This document shows positions 29,433 to 39,100 of a stretch of DNA of 64,000 nt, piece by piece. A program made the translations under genes and the position numbers. The stretch is taken from NCBI GenBank assembly GCA_963786105.1, contig CAWAXX010000014.1, positions 1 to 64,000 on the forward strand, given 5' to 3'. The notes below the pieces were generated by a model. The model was given only the letters and a program-made list of their open reading frames with translations. It did no database searches and had not been told where the DNA came from. Each line of letters starts with the position of its first letter. Positions within the stretch are counted from its first letter, which is position 1. This stretch comes from Vulcanimicrobiota bacterium (lineage in GTDB: Bacteria > Vulcanimicrobiota > Vulcanimicrobiia > Vulcanimicrobiales > Vulcanimicrobiaceae).

Positions 29433-30215
29433 CTAGACGTACTCTCCTAACGAGTCGCGGTGACGGTTGAAGTAAACCAGCGACAGTAGCAGGATGACGA
29501 TGGCGAAGCCGGCCGAGAACGCCAAGTTGCGCCAGCCCGGCATGGTCCCGTAGTAGAAGACGTCCTGATAGGTCGCAATCATAGCGGCAACCGGGCTATA
29601 TTCCACCAAGAACTGTAGGCTCGGCGGCACGACAAAGCGCGCGTAAAAGATCGGTGTCAGAAAGAAGACGGCGAGCAACGCGTACCCGATCAGTTGCTGG
29701 AGGTCGCGATAGAATACGTTGGCCGTGGCAACAAAAAACGAAAAACCCAGCGCCATGCAAAGTTCGATCAGTGCCAAAAGCGGTAGGAACACGATCGCCC
29801 AGATGACGTTCACGCCAAACGCCATACAAACCGGTACGAGCAGGACGACGGTGATCAAAAAGTTGAAGCCGTTCGAAAGCACCGGGACCATTACCAAGAG
29901 TTCCGTAGGCAAGAGCGTTTTCCCGACGTATGCTCGGCCGTCGAGAATCGCGGTGACGGCCTGCGCGATCCCGCCCTGAAACCAAATCCAGGGTATCATG
30001 CCGCTGAGCAGGTACAGCGGGAACAGGCGTATCGGCGACTTCAGGTAGATCGAAAAGACCAGCGTGTAGATGAGCATGAAAATGATGGGGTTGAGCAGCG
30101 TCCACACAAACCCCAGCGCGGAGCCGCGATAGCGCACGAGGACGTCGCGTTTGACCAGCTCGTAGAGCAGCCAGCGATAGCGAACCACGGAGCGCACGCT
30201 CGAGCTAATGCTCAA
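29433..30215 (-). CDS. wzm: Polysaccharide ABC transporter permease
   Basis: RD..VRYRGSALGFVWTLLNP, YRDLQQ, FFLTPIFY; six TM helices. Confidence 0.93.
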   Translation of the reverse strand: MSISSSVRSVVRYRWLLYELVKRDVLVRYRGSALGFVWTLLNPIIFMLIYTLVFSIYLKSPIRLFPLYLLSGMIPWIWFQGGIAQAVTAILDGRAYVGKTLLPTELLVMVPVLSNGFNFLITVVLLVPVCMAFGVNVIWAIVFLPLLALIELCMALGFSFFVATANVFYRDLQQLIGYALLAVFFLTPIFYARFVVPPSLQFLVEYSPVAAMIATYQDVFYYGTMPGWRNLAFSAGFAIVILLLSLVYFNRHRDSLGEYV

Positions 30216-30967
30216 GACACGCCAACTTTACGAAGGCGCGGGGCATTCTCGACGCGCGACCGCGCCACCAGCGTACCGGCGCGGAATAGCGATTCAAACT
30301 GTCCGGCGTCCGCCCACCAGCCTTCGAGCACGTCGTATTGCAGCTCGCCGGCTTGAATATAGGCGTTGTTGACGTCGGTGATCTCGAGCTCGCCGCGTTC
30401 GGACGGTTTGAGACGGCGGCAGAACTCGAAAACCTTACTGTCGTACATGTAAATCCCAGTCACTGCGTAGCGGCTTTTCGGGTGCGATGGTTTCTCTTCG
30501 ATTCGGACAATCCTGTCGCCGCTCAACTCCGGGCAACCAAAGCGCTCCGGATCGGTAACGTCCTTTAGCAGGATTCGAGCTCCGGTTTCCTGCGCCGCGA
30601 ACTTTCGGACGTACGGTGCGATCGAATCCTGAACGATGTTGTCCCCCAGAATCACCACGACGCGGCTGCCGTCGACGAAGTGCTCGCAAAGTTTGAGGGC
30701 GTCGGCAATCCCGCCTTCGGTATCTTGGTAGGTGTAGTGAAGGTCCTTGAGACCGAACTCCTTGCCGTTGCCGAGCAGGCGCAGAAAATCGCCGGCCGAG
30801 TTCCCTCCGGTCACGATCATGATATCGTCGATACCGGCGTCGCACAGCGTCTCGATCGGATAGTAGATCATCGGACGGTCGTAAACCGGCAAGAGATGCT
30901 TGTTGGTGACTTTGGTAAGCGGACGCAATCGGGAACCCAGCCCACCCGCGAGAATCACACCCTTCAT
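30212..30967 (-). CDS. rfbA: Glucose-1-phosphate thymidylyltransferase
   Basis: GVILAGGLGSRLRPLT, KHLLPVYDRPMIYYP, EEKP, RGELEITD. Confidence 0.9.
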   Translation of the reverse strand: MKGVILAGGLGSRLRPLTKVTNKHLLPVYDRPMIYYPIETLCDAGIDDIMIVTGGNSAGDFLRLLGNGKEFGLKDLHYTYQDTEGGIADALKLCEHFVDGSRVVVILGDNIVQDSIAPYVRKFAAQETGARILLKDVTDPERFGCPELSGDRIVRIEEKPSHPKSRYAVTGIYMYDSKVFEFCRRLKPSERGELEITDVNNAYIQAGELQYDVLEGWWADAGQFESLFRAGTLVARSRVENAPRLRKVGVS

Positions 30968-30979
30968 GGTTGTATCCGG

Positions 30980-31990
30980 CTACCGGCTCGCGTACTGGCG
31001 TTTATAGTAGTCCATAAATTCGCTTCCCCGCAACGGCCTCCACCACGACTCGTTCGCCTTGTACCATTCGATGGTGTCCCGCAAGCCGCGATCGAAACCA
31101 ATCCGCGGCGCCCAGCCGAGCGCGCGCGCTTTCGCACAGTTGACGGCGTAGCGCCGATCGTGACCTGCCCGGTCTTCGACGTGCTTCACGTGGGTATCCA
31201 TGGAGCGGTCGCATCCGGCAACGAGCCGTTCGGTAATCTCGCGATTCGTGCGCGCGTTGCCGCCCCCGAGGTTGTAAACGTTGCCGATCTCTCCCTTTTC
31301 GAGGACGTGCAGGATGCCCCGCGCGTGATCCTCGGCGTGCAGCCAGTCGCGAACCTGAAGGCCGTCACCGTATACCGGAACGGGTTGGTCGTCGATGAGG
31401 TTCGTGACGAACAGCGGGATGAGCTTTTCGGGATGTTGGAACGGTCCGTACGTGTTCGACCCGCGCGTAATCAACACCGGGCTATCGAAAGTCGTCCGGT
31501 ATGCCATGACCTGAAGATCGCCGCCGGCTTTGCTTGCGCTGTACGGGCTGCGCGGCCGCAGCGGGTCGGTCTCGAGCGATTCGCCCTGCGCGACGTCGCC
31601 GTATACCTCGTCGGTGGAGACTTGGAGGTAGCGGCCGACGTCGTGCTTACGTACGGCTTCCAGCAGCACGTGGGTTCCCAGAATGTCGGTGCGCAGGAAC
31701 GCTTCCGGCTCGAGAATCGATCGATCGACGTGCGTCTCGGCCGCGAAATTCACGATCGCATCGACGCCGTCGCGAAGCGCTTCGCGAACGGCGGACGCAT
31801 CGCAGATGTTCCCGTGAATGAAGGAGTAGCGAGAATCGCTTTCAACGCCGGCGAGATTTGCGCGATTTCCTGCGTAGGTCAGCGCGTCGAGATTGACGAT
31901 CTGCGTCGCCGGCCGCTCCTGGAGGACCATGCGAACGAACGTCGAGCCGATAAAACCTAAGCCGCCCGTCACGAGAATACGAGATAGCAC
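30980..31990 (-). CDS. rfbB: dTDP-glucose 4,6-dehydratase
   Basis: TGGLGFIGS, LTYAGN, AAETHVDRSI, STDEVYG, YSASK, GHDRRY. Confidence 0.95.
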   Translation of the reverse strand: MLSRILVTGGLGFIGSTFVRMVLQERPATQIVNLDALTYAGNRANLAGVESDSRYSFIHGNICDASAVREALRDGVDAIVNFAAETHVDRSILEPEAFLRTDILGTHVLLEAVRKHDVGRYLQVSTDEVYGDVAQGESLETDPLRPRSPYSASKAGGDLQVMAYRTTFDSPVLITRGSNTYGPFQHPEKLIPLFVTNLIDDQPVPVYGDGLQVRDWLHAEDHARGILHVLEKGEIGNVYNLGGGNARTNREITERLVAGCDRSMDTHVKHVEDRAGHDRRYAVNCAKARALGWAPRIGFDRGLRDTIEWYKANESWWRPLRGSEFMDYYKRQYASR

Positions 31991-32040
31991 CGTCGTAGCA
32001 CCCGCACTTCTATTGAAAAAAACTCAGCGTAAGGGCGTCC

Positions 32041-32922
32041 TTAGCCGGGCAGCATGCACGTCCCTGTCGCCGTGGCCCGCTCGATATTCGTTAAGAAATC
32101 CGTAATCTGACCGTCTATCGGCTCGAGTCGCGGCCCATAATCGGCTCGCATCGCCCGCAGGCCCAGCAGATTATCGCGATCGATCGGAAGGCGAATGCGC
32201 AGCAGCGACGCCGTTTGCACGGCAAGGTCGGCCGCCCAAAACGGAATAGGGACGAATGCGACGCTTGCTTCGAGGCGCGCACACAGCGCTCGATAGAACT
32301 CGCGATATGGGACCGGATCGCGCTCGGCAGCAGTAAAGGTGCCGCGCAGGTCTCGAGAAAGTGCGCCGTAGATCGCTTCGGTAAGATCGTCCACAAATAC
32401 GGTTTGGAGCGGCTGGTTTCCGCCGTCGATCAAGGGCACGAAGCGATGTTGCCGCAGGTACGCGCACATCGACGCGAACAGGCCTCCGTCGCCGAGAACG
32501 AGGCCGGGCCGCACGACTAACGCCCCGCGGCTTTCGAAAAGCCGTTCCAGAGCGTACTTTTGCCGTCCGTATTGTGACGCCGCTTGCTCGTGCGCGGCCA
32601 AGCTCGAAAGAAACACGATCTGTTTGACACCACGCCGCTGCGCCGTTTCGAGCAGCAGCGTGCTTCCCGCAACGTTGAGTTGGAGATTCTCTCTGACCAC
32701 GGCCGCATGCACGAGCGCGTCGATGCCGTCGAACAGTTCGTCGGGCAACGCCGTCCAGGCGAGATCGTAGGAGCGCCACTGCGCATCATCGGGCGCGTTG
32801 AGGGGTTGCCGCCGGCCGGCTCCGACGGCGCGCCAGCCGTGCGCCGTAACACGGCGAACGAGCGCCGTTCCGATGAATCCGCCACCGCCGGTGACGAGGA
32901 CGGTCGATCGTGACGGCTGCAT
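32041..32922 (-). CDS. NAD-dependent epimerase/dehydratase family protein
   Basis: ATG at 32922; VTGGGGFIG, SSLAA, YGRQK, RPGLVLG. Confidence 0.85.
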   Translation of the reverse strand: MQPSRSTVLVTGGGGFIGTALVRRVTAHGWRAVGAGRRQPLNAPDDAQWRSYDLAWTALPDELFDGIDALVHAAVVRENLQLNVAGSTLLLETAQRRGVKQIVFLSSLAAHEQAASQYGRQKYALERLFESRGALVVRPGLVLGDGGLFASMCAYLRQHRFVPLIDGGNQPLQTVFVDDLTEAIYGALSRDLRGTFTAAERDPVPYREFYRALCARLEASVAFVPIPFWAADLAVQTASLLRIRLPIDRDNLLGLRAMRADYGPRLEPIDGQITDFLTNIERATATGTCMLPG

Positions 32923-34536
32923 CACGTCGCGGGCGTAGCGGCGAGGAGCCGCAACGCGATGCGCGTTGGCCATGAGCGACAGCGTCAACGGTTTTGCTGG
33001 CAGAAACGTAAAGCCGGAGCCATCGGCGACGAACACGCCTTCGGTGCCGTGCAGCCTGCCGTCCGGGCTTAACGTGAGCGGTTTCTCTTCCCGATCGAAC
33101 GGCAGCGTTCCGGCGTAGTGAATGCTGGATCCAAGCGGCGGGTGAACGCGTTTGATCGGCCAAGCTCCCAAAGTTCGCAGCGCGCGGCGGAATCCGCCCT
33201 CGCGCGCGACATGGCGGCGTTGCTCGTCGGCAGTGAGAGCGTACGCGATCGCTAGCCGGTCCGACGTGGGCGACGCCGGATCGCTCTCAATCCACAGCGC
33301 TTTGCCGTCCGAACGCGCCTGGGGATGATCGAATCCCGCAATGATGAATCCGGAGAGCAGGTACTGCATGAGGATTCGCGCGTCGCGCACGTCGAGCGGC
33401 ATCTCGCGCAGCAAACGAAAAAGCATCAACGAGCGATACGAGAAGATCGTTCCGACTGCGACGTCACTGCGGTGGCCGTCGGGGTCGTGAAAGAGCGCGA
33501 GTTGCGTGAGGCTGTTGTTTCGTTCCGGCATCGATCGGCCGATTCGCGACGGAACGAGGCACGGTACGTACGTATAGTCGTTGCACAGCAGCGGTAGCCG
33601 CGCCGAGGGAGCGATGGAGCGCAGCACGATTCGCGCCGTTCCGAGGACGCCGCATGCCAGCACTAAGCGGCGGCACGAATAGTGCCGTTCCGGTCCGCCG
33701 TCGAGATCGAGAGCCGTGACCGCGACTTCGCCGGCGCGGTTTTCGAAGCGCGTCGCGAGCGCGTTACCGGCGTAAGAAAAGTTCGCATGGCGTCGCAGTG
33801 CCTCGACGACCGGAGCGGGCCGCCACGCAGCTCCGTCGCCGTCACTGTAAAACTCCATGTCGCGCAGATCGGTCGCCGCGCGATCGCCCTTCGCCCGGCT
33901 CAAAAGCGCCAGCGCCGGCCGGCCGACGTAGTATCCTCGGGCATTCATTGCGACGCGTCGCTGTTCGTAGTTGGCGTAGAGCAGCTCTGCGGTTGGATCG
34001 AGCGGCAGCGGTGGCTGGACGTGCATCAAATTGCCGATGGTGAAGGGCCGCGCGTCGTCGCCGGCACCGGAGATGCCGATACGATCCGCGACGACTTGGT
34101 ATGCCGCGTGCAGTTCGTCGACGGGGAGCGATGCGCGTTCCAGCTCCGCGTCCGAATACACGCCGCACATCAGTCCCCAGCCGCTAGCCAGTCCGCCCAG
34201 CGCCAGGCTTTCCAGTGGTGCGAAGTTCTCGGACCGCACTTTGAGCAGTTCGTCGACGCGATCGACGATGAAACGCCGAGGCGGCGTCAGCTGCGCGCCA
34301 GCGCCGATTTTCCGAAAAGCGGCGCTCTCGAAGCGCTCGCCGAGCAAATACCGGTACTGCTCTTGCTCGCTGCGCCGGATTTCCACGAAGCTCTTTGCTG
34401 GGATGAGCTTCGACAGGTGGTCGTCGCGGCGCCCGGCGTCCAGCATGTGCACGCGCGCGCCGCCATCGACGAGCGTTTGTGCAGCCGTCGAACCGGTTGC
34501 GCCCGAACCGACGACGATGAAATCGAAGTCGGTCAC
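32922..34536 (-). CDS. GMC-family FAD oxidoreductase
   Basis: VVGSGATG FAD motif, ALGGLASGWG, IHYAGT, FVADGS, TLSLMANA.R. Confidence 0.85.
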
Positions 34537-34907
34537 CGTACGAATCGCAGCAGCAACAAGCCCGCGGCCGCGAGCACTACGCCGCGAGCCACCGCGACGG
34601 CGACGGAAAGAAGGTCGCTGAGCGGTCGATCGCGTGGTAAGAAGGCGTCACAATATTCGGGTTGCGATTCGAGAACGGCAGCCATGAGCAGGACCTTCTT
34701 GCGCAACAAGGCGCTCGGGTCGATCAACGCGAGCGCCCCGTCGAGTGCGGGCATCGACCAGGGGCGGGTTGACGCAAAACGCGTCACCGGGTCGTCCGTG
34801 TCGTAGTTGAGTTCGCGTGAAGCACGAACGTACATCTCTCGCGCCGCTTTACTGAGCTCGCTTCCTAAGAGATATCGCCCAAAAACTCCGGCTTCGTCTT
34901 CCGACAT
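34533..34907 (-). CDS. Hypothetical protein (~124 aa) with C-terminal hydrophobic helix
   Basis: ORF from ATG 34907; its stop overlaps the GMC start codon (GTGA). Confidence 0.7.
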   Translation of the reverse strand: MSEDEAGVFGRYLLGSELSKAAREMYVRASRELNYDTDDPVTRFASTRPWSMPALDGALALIDPSALLRKKVLLMAAVLESQPEYCDAFLPRDRPLSDLLSVAVAVARGVVLAAAGLLLLRFVR

Positions 34908-34942
34908 GAGATGACGTTTTTCGAGAAGAATGGGACGCTTGC

Positions 34943-36349
34943 ATGCCTCCGCGCGCAATCGCGACCTTCGTCTTCGCCTTGCTTCTGTCCGTATCGACGT
35001 CGCACGGCGTTGCAACGGCCGGCTCGCCGCGCGCCGGACAGACCTGGCTGGTCGTCAGCGACATCCATCTCGATCCGTATCTTCGCGGCCCGAATAAGGC
35101 GCTATTCGGCAGCGATACGAACCGGGCGTTGTTCCGTTCCGCGCTTGCGGCGATGAAGCGGACGGCCCCAGATCCGGCCCTGGTTCTGCTCCCCGGCGAC
35201 TTTTTCGCGCACGATTTTGGAAGGCGAGTTTCGCGCAACGCGCGCACCCGTTCGGTCGCCGAAGAGGGCCTCCGCACGGTGCGACTGATCGCCGCTGCGT
35301 TCGGGAACGCTTTCCCACGCGCCCGCTTCGCGATCGCGCTTGGTAACAACGACGCTCCGTGCGGCGACTATCGCACCGTGTTCGATACCGCTTACATGGC
35401 TGCGGTCGCGCGCGCTTGGGCACCCCTCGTCGCGCGCGGCGGCGACGCACCGGACTTCGAGACGTCGTTCGCTCGCGACGGACACTACGCGATGTCGCTG
35501 CCGCTACGCGGCGTGCGGTTGGTCGTGATCGACGACGTCCCTTTGAGCGTCTTTTATGCAGGTAATTGCGGCAGCTATCGTACCAATGGCGCCGAAGGCG
35601 AGCTGCGGTGGCTGCAAACGACGCTGTCCGCGACTCCCGCCGGCGTGCGTAATATCGTCATGATGCACGTACCCCCAGGCTACGACGTCACGACGACCGA
35701 GCGAACCCGAGGTCTCGTGCCGTGGCGGTTCCTCGAAGCCTCAGTCAATGCCCGATTGCTTTCGATTCTGTCAGCGCCGGCGAACCGCGTCGCGTACGCA
35801 ATAGCCGGTCACGCTCACCGGTTCGACTTCCGTCTCGACGACGATGTGCCGATACTGGTGTTCGGCTCCATCTCGCCGATCTATCACAACAACCCGGCCT
35901 TTTATGCTCTCGACGTGCGCGACGACGGATCGATTCGCGATATCCAGGTTTCGGCGTTCGACGAGTGGACGCAGACGTGGCAACCGTCGCGAAGTTTCGA
36001 CGCCAAGTGGGGCACGGCGACGATCGATGCGGCATCCTTGGCCTCGTTGCACGCGCGTCTGGAGAACCAACCGAAGATGCGGCTGGCCTGGGACGCTGCC
36101 TCCAGCGGCTGGCCTTCGAACCGGCGCCTGGCTTGGGGCTTATGGGGCAGTTCGTGGCGCATTCCGTGGTGCGCGCAAACATCGCTGGGCGACGGCTTTC
36201 CGTGGTGCGCCGGACTGGTTGGTCGCGTTTGGCTCTTCCGAAGTGCGATCGCGCTAACGGTACTGTGTGCTGCGGTGCTGGTTGCGATCCTGGCGCGCCG
36301 CATCCGGCGCGCCCTTCGACGCCGCCGGCTTCTTGTACCCGATCGTTAG
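34943..36349 (+). CDS. Exported acid-sphingomyelinase-like metallophosphoesterase with C-terminal TM anchor
   Basis: Signal peptide; SDIHLD, PGDFFAH, ALGNND, MHVPPG, AGHAH..DFR, SISPIYHNNPAF. Confidence 0.85.
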   Translation: MPPRAIATFVFALLLSVSTSHGVATAGSPRAGQTWLVVSDIHLDPYLRGPNKALFGSDTNRALFRSALAAMKRTAPDPALVLLPGDFFAHDFGRRVSRNARTRSVAEEGLRTVRLIAAAFGNAFPRARFAIALGNNDAPCGDYRTVFDTAYMAAVARAWAPLVARGGDAPDFETSFARDGHYAMSLPLRGVRLVVIDDVPLSVFYAGNCGSYRTNGAEGELRWLQTTLSATPAGVRNIVMMHVPPGYDVTTTERTRGLVPWRFLEASVNARLLSILSAPANRVAYAIAGHAHRFDFRLDDDVPILVFGSISPIYHNNPAFYALDVRDDGSIRDIQVSAFDEWTQTWQPSRSFDAKWGTATIDAASLASLHARLENQPKMRLAWDAASSGWPSNRRLAWGLWGSSWRIPWCAQTSLGDGFPWCAGLVGRVWLFRSAIALTVLCAAVLVAILARRIRRALRRRRLLVPDR

Positions 36350-37624
36350 CGCCAACCAGGACGGCAATCGCGCGTTGAGTTTCGAAAGCGCGTGAGCGCG
36401 TAGATGCTGGGGCGGATGCGCCGCTTTGCGGGCGGCGATAGGCGGGCGTGGAACGGGAACGAACGAACTACCGCTCCAAACGACGGCGCCGATGATGAGA
36501 AGCGCGAAAGCCAGTACGGCGGCTTTCAGCGATGGCCGCAACGCCGTTCGGGAGTCGATGCCGTCCATGTAGCTGTTGCGCAGCATCTGGTCGGTGTGGT
36601 AAGCCGAACGCCCCGTCACGCCTGAGAAGAAATCCGAAAACGCGTGGATCACGGCGAAGAGTCGCGTGAATTCGAGCCGGAACAACTTCGGCGCGATGGA
36701 GCGCACGGCAAAGTATCCGAAAGCCGTCGGCGCAGCGATCGGATAAAATTTCCAGACCAATCGGAGCATATTCCGGACGGCGTAATAGTCGTGCACCGGG
36801 CTCTTGAAGCCGATCGAGTGCGACTGCTTGTGCCAGACGGTCGCTTTCGAGCAACAGTATAGCTTCCAGCCGGCACGGCGCATCCGTATGCACCAGTCGG
36901 TCTCTTCGCGGTAGAGAAAATACGACTCGTCGATGAGTCCGACGGCGCAGATCGCTTCGGCGCGTACGAGAAGGCTGGCGCCAACGATGTGATCGAGCGG
37001 GATCGACTTATCTCCGACGGCTGCAGCCTTCTCGCCGCTATGCAGCTGCGTGTCGTGACATAACACCGGAATGATGTGTCCGCCACCCATCGCCTGGATC
37101 GTGTCGGGAGCGTCGAAGCGGAGAAGCTTCGATCCCACGATCCCGATCGACGCATCGGCGTCGGCGACTTCGAGCATGCGCTCGAGCGCGTCGGCATCGG
37201 CGACCGTGTCGTTGTTTAAGATCCAAACGTACTCTGCGTTCGAGCGATCGATGGCATAGCGAATGCCGATATTATTGCCGTACGCGTATCCGCCGTTCTC
37301 GGGTAACTCGATCAAAACCAGCGGAGCGTGCGCGTGTACGCCTTCGAGAGCTTCCTGGGGATTGCGGAATGTGACGAAACCTTCGTGGCTCGCGCCCCAG
37401 CGGCGCAGACGAGCGACCGAATCATCGCGCGACCCGTTGTCGCAGATGACGATCTGATGCGGCACGTGTGTTGACGCGAGGAGGCTTTCGACACAGGCGA
37501 TCGTGTCGGACCACGCGTTCCAGTTGAGAACGACCGCAACCACGCGCGAAGGGAAACCGAAAGTTTCTCGGCCCACACCCGGTCGCACACCCACGACGGA
37601 CGCCAACGCTGCTCCCCCTGACAT
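36254..37624 (-). CDS. GT2 family glycosyltransferase with C-terminal TM
   Basis: VLNWN, CDNGS, NGGYAYGNN, WILNND, FLYREETDW, YYAVRN. Confidence 0.9.
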   Translation of the reverse strand: MSGGAALASVVGVRPGVGRETFGFPSRVVAVVLNWNAWSDTIACVESLLASTHVPHQIVICDNGSRDDSVARLRRWGASHEGFVTFRNPQEALEGVHAHAPLVLIELPENGGYAYGNNIGIRYAIDRSNAEYVWILNNDTVADADALERMLEVADADASIGIVGSKLLRFDAPDTIQAMGGGHIIPVLCHDTQLHSGEKAAAVGDKSIPLDHIVGASLLVRAEAICAVGLIDESYFLYREETDWCIRMRRAGWKLYCCSKATVWHKQSHSIGFKSPVHDYYAVRNMLRLVWKFYPIAAPTAFGYFAVRSIAPKLFRLEFTRLFAVIHAFSDFFSGVTGRSAYHTDQMLRNSYMDGIDSRTALRPSLKAAVLAFALLIIGAVVWSGSSFVPVPRPPIAARKAAHPPQHLRAHALSKLNARLPSWLALTIGYKKPAASKGAPDAARQDRNQHRSTQYR

Positions 37625-37720
37625 AAAATCGTCCCGTCTACAAATTGCTCGAGGGAATCGACCGGTGGAATTGGCCCTCCGCTCGCCTAGTCCTGCTACT
37701 GGAACGAGCGTCACCAGCCG

Positions 37721-37760
37721 ACATTTTATAATTGATTTAATGACTTAAGTTATCGATTAG
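37721..37760. promoter_or_regulatory. AT-rich putative operator/promoter element
   Basis: 8 G+C in 40 nt; TAATTGAT-N15-ATCGATTA imperfect inverted repeat with internal ACTTAAGT palindrome. Confidence 0.4.
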
Positions 37761-37826
37761 GGATTTGGCGCCCGGCGAATCGCGAGGAAAGGTTCCGTTC
37801 CGAGCCCGCCGTAAGTTGCTGACGGT

Positions 37827-39100
37827 TTGAACGCTTCGAGTAGTTCCGCGCCCCTTCGCCGGCGCGTCGTCGTTACGGGCCTGGGCGCGGTCACTCCCAT
37901 CGGCAACAATCGCGCCGATTTCTGGCAACGCCTGGTCGCCGGCGAATCCGGCGTCGCTCCAATCACTGCCTTTGACGCCGCCGATTTCGCCACGCGCATC
38001 GCGGCCGAGGTCAAGGATTTTAGGCCGGACGACCTGCTGGGGCGAAAGGACGCGCGCCGGATGGACCGCTTCACCCAGTTCGCGGTGGTAGCGGCGAGCG
38101 AGGCAATCGAAGACGCGAACCTGCCCGACGACGAGGCTTTCAAGGAACGCACCGGCGCGGTCCTCGGGACGGGAATCGGCGGAATCATCACGTTCTGGCT
38201 CAACTCAGTTAAGGCAAACGAAAACGGAACGTGGTCGAAAGTCACGCCCTTCTTCATTCCGATGCTGATGGCCAATGCCGAAGCGGCCCACATTTCGATG
38301 CGGCATCATTTCAAGGGGCCAATTTTTCGGCCGCCAGTGCCTGTGCGAGCGCCAACGACGCGATTGTGACGGCCTACAACTACATCGCCTACGGCGACGC
38401 CGACGCGATGATCACCGGCGGCAGCGAAGCGACGGTTTCGCCGCTGGCAATCGGCGGCTTTGCGTCGATGCGCGCGATGTCGACGCGCAACGACGACCCC
38501 ACGCGCGCCAGCCGCCCGTTCGATCGCGAGCGCGACGGATTCGTACTCGGCGAAGGCGCGGGCGTGCTCGTGCTCGAGGAGCTCGAAAGTGCAAAGGCGC
38601 GCGGGGCGAGGATCTACTGCGAAATCCTCGGATACGGGCAGTCGGCCGACGCGTACGATTTGGTAGCGGTGGACCCCGACGGCAGCGGCGTCATGCTGGC
38701 ATTGACGCGTGCGTTCGCCAAGGCCGGCATCGAACCAAAAGACGTCGATTACATCAACGCGCACGGCACCTCGACGCCGATCGGCGATCCAGCCGAATCG
38801 AAGGCCATTGAAATGGCCTTCGGCGATCACGCTACCAAAATGGGCGTCAGCTCTACGAAATCCATGCACGGACACGCACTCGGGGCGGCCGGCGGAATCG
38901 AGGGCGTCGCCACCGTGATGGCCGTGGTTGAAGACGTCATGCCGCCGACGATCAACTACGAATTCCCCGATCCGGAATGCACGCTCGACTACGTCCCCAA
39001 CGTAGCTCGCAGCGCGCCGGTTCGAATCGCACTTTCGAACTCGTTCGGTTTCGGCGGCCACAACAGCGTCATCGTCTTCGGCAAAGTACGCGATTCGTAA
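37827..39100 (+). CDS. fabF: 3-oxoacyl-ACP synthase II; frameshift near 38322
   Basis: RRVVVTGLGAVTPIG, SACAS (catalytic Cys), NAHGTST, KSMHGH, SNSFGFGGHN. Confidence 0.95.

Noticed and set aside
32041..34536. 831-aa GMC-epimerase fusion protein
   Set aside because: A TGATG stop/start overlap sits exactly at the epimerase ATG in a shifted frame; a small indel near 32945 explains the merge.
37725..37760. Possible dif (XerCD) site
   Set aside because: No convincing match to the conserved TTATGTTAAA-type XerD arm.
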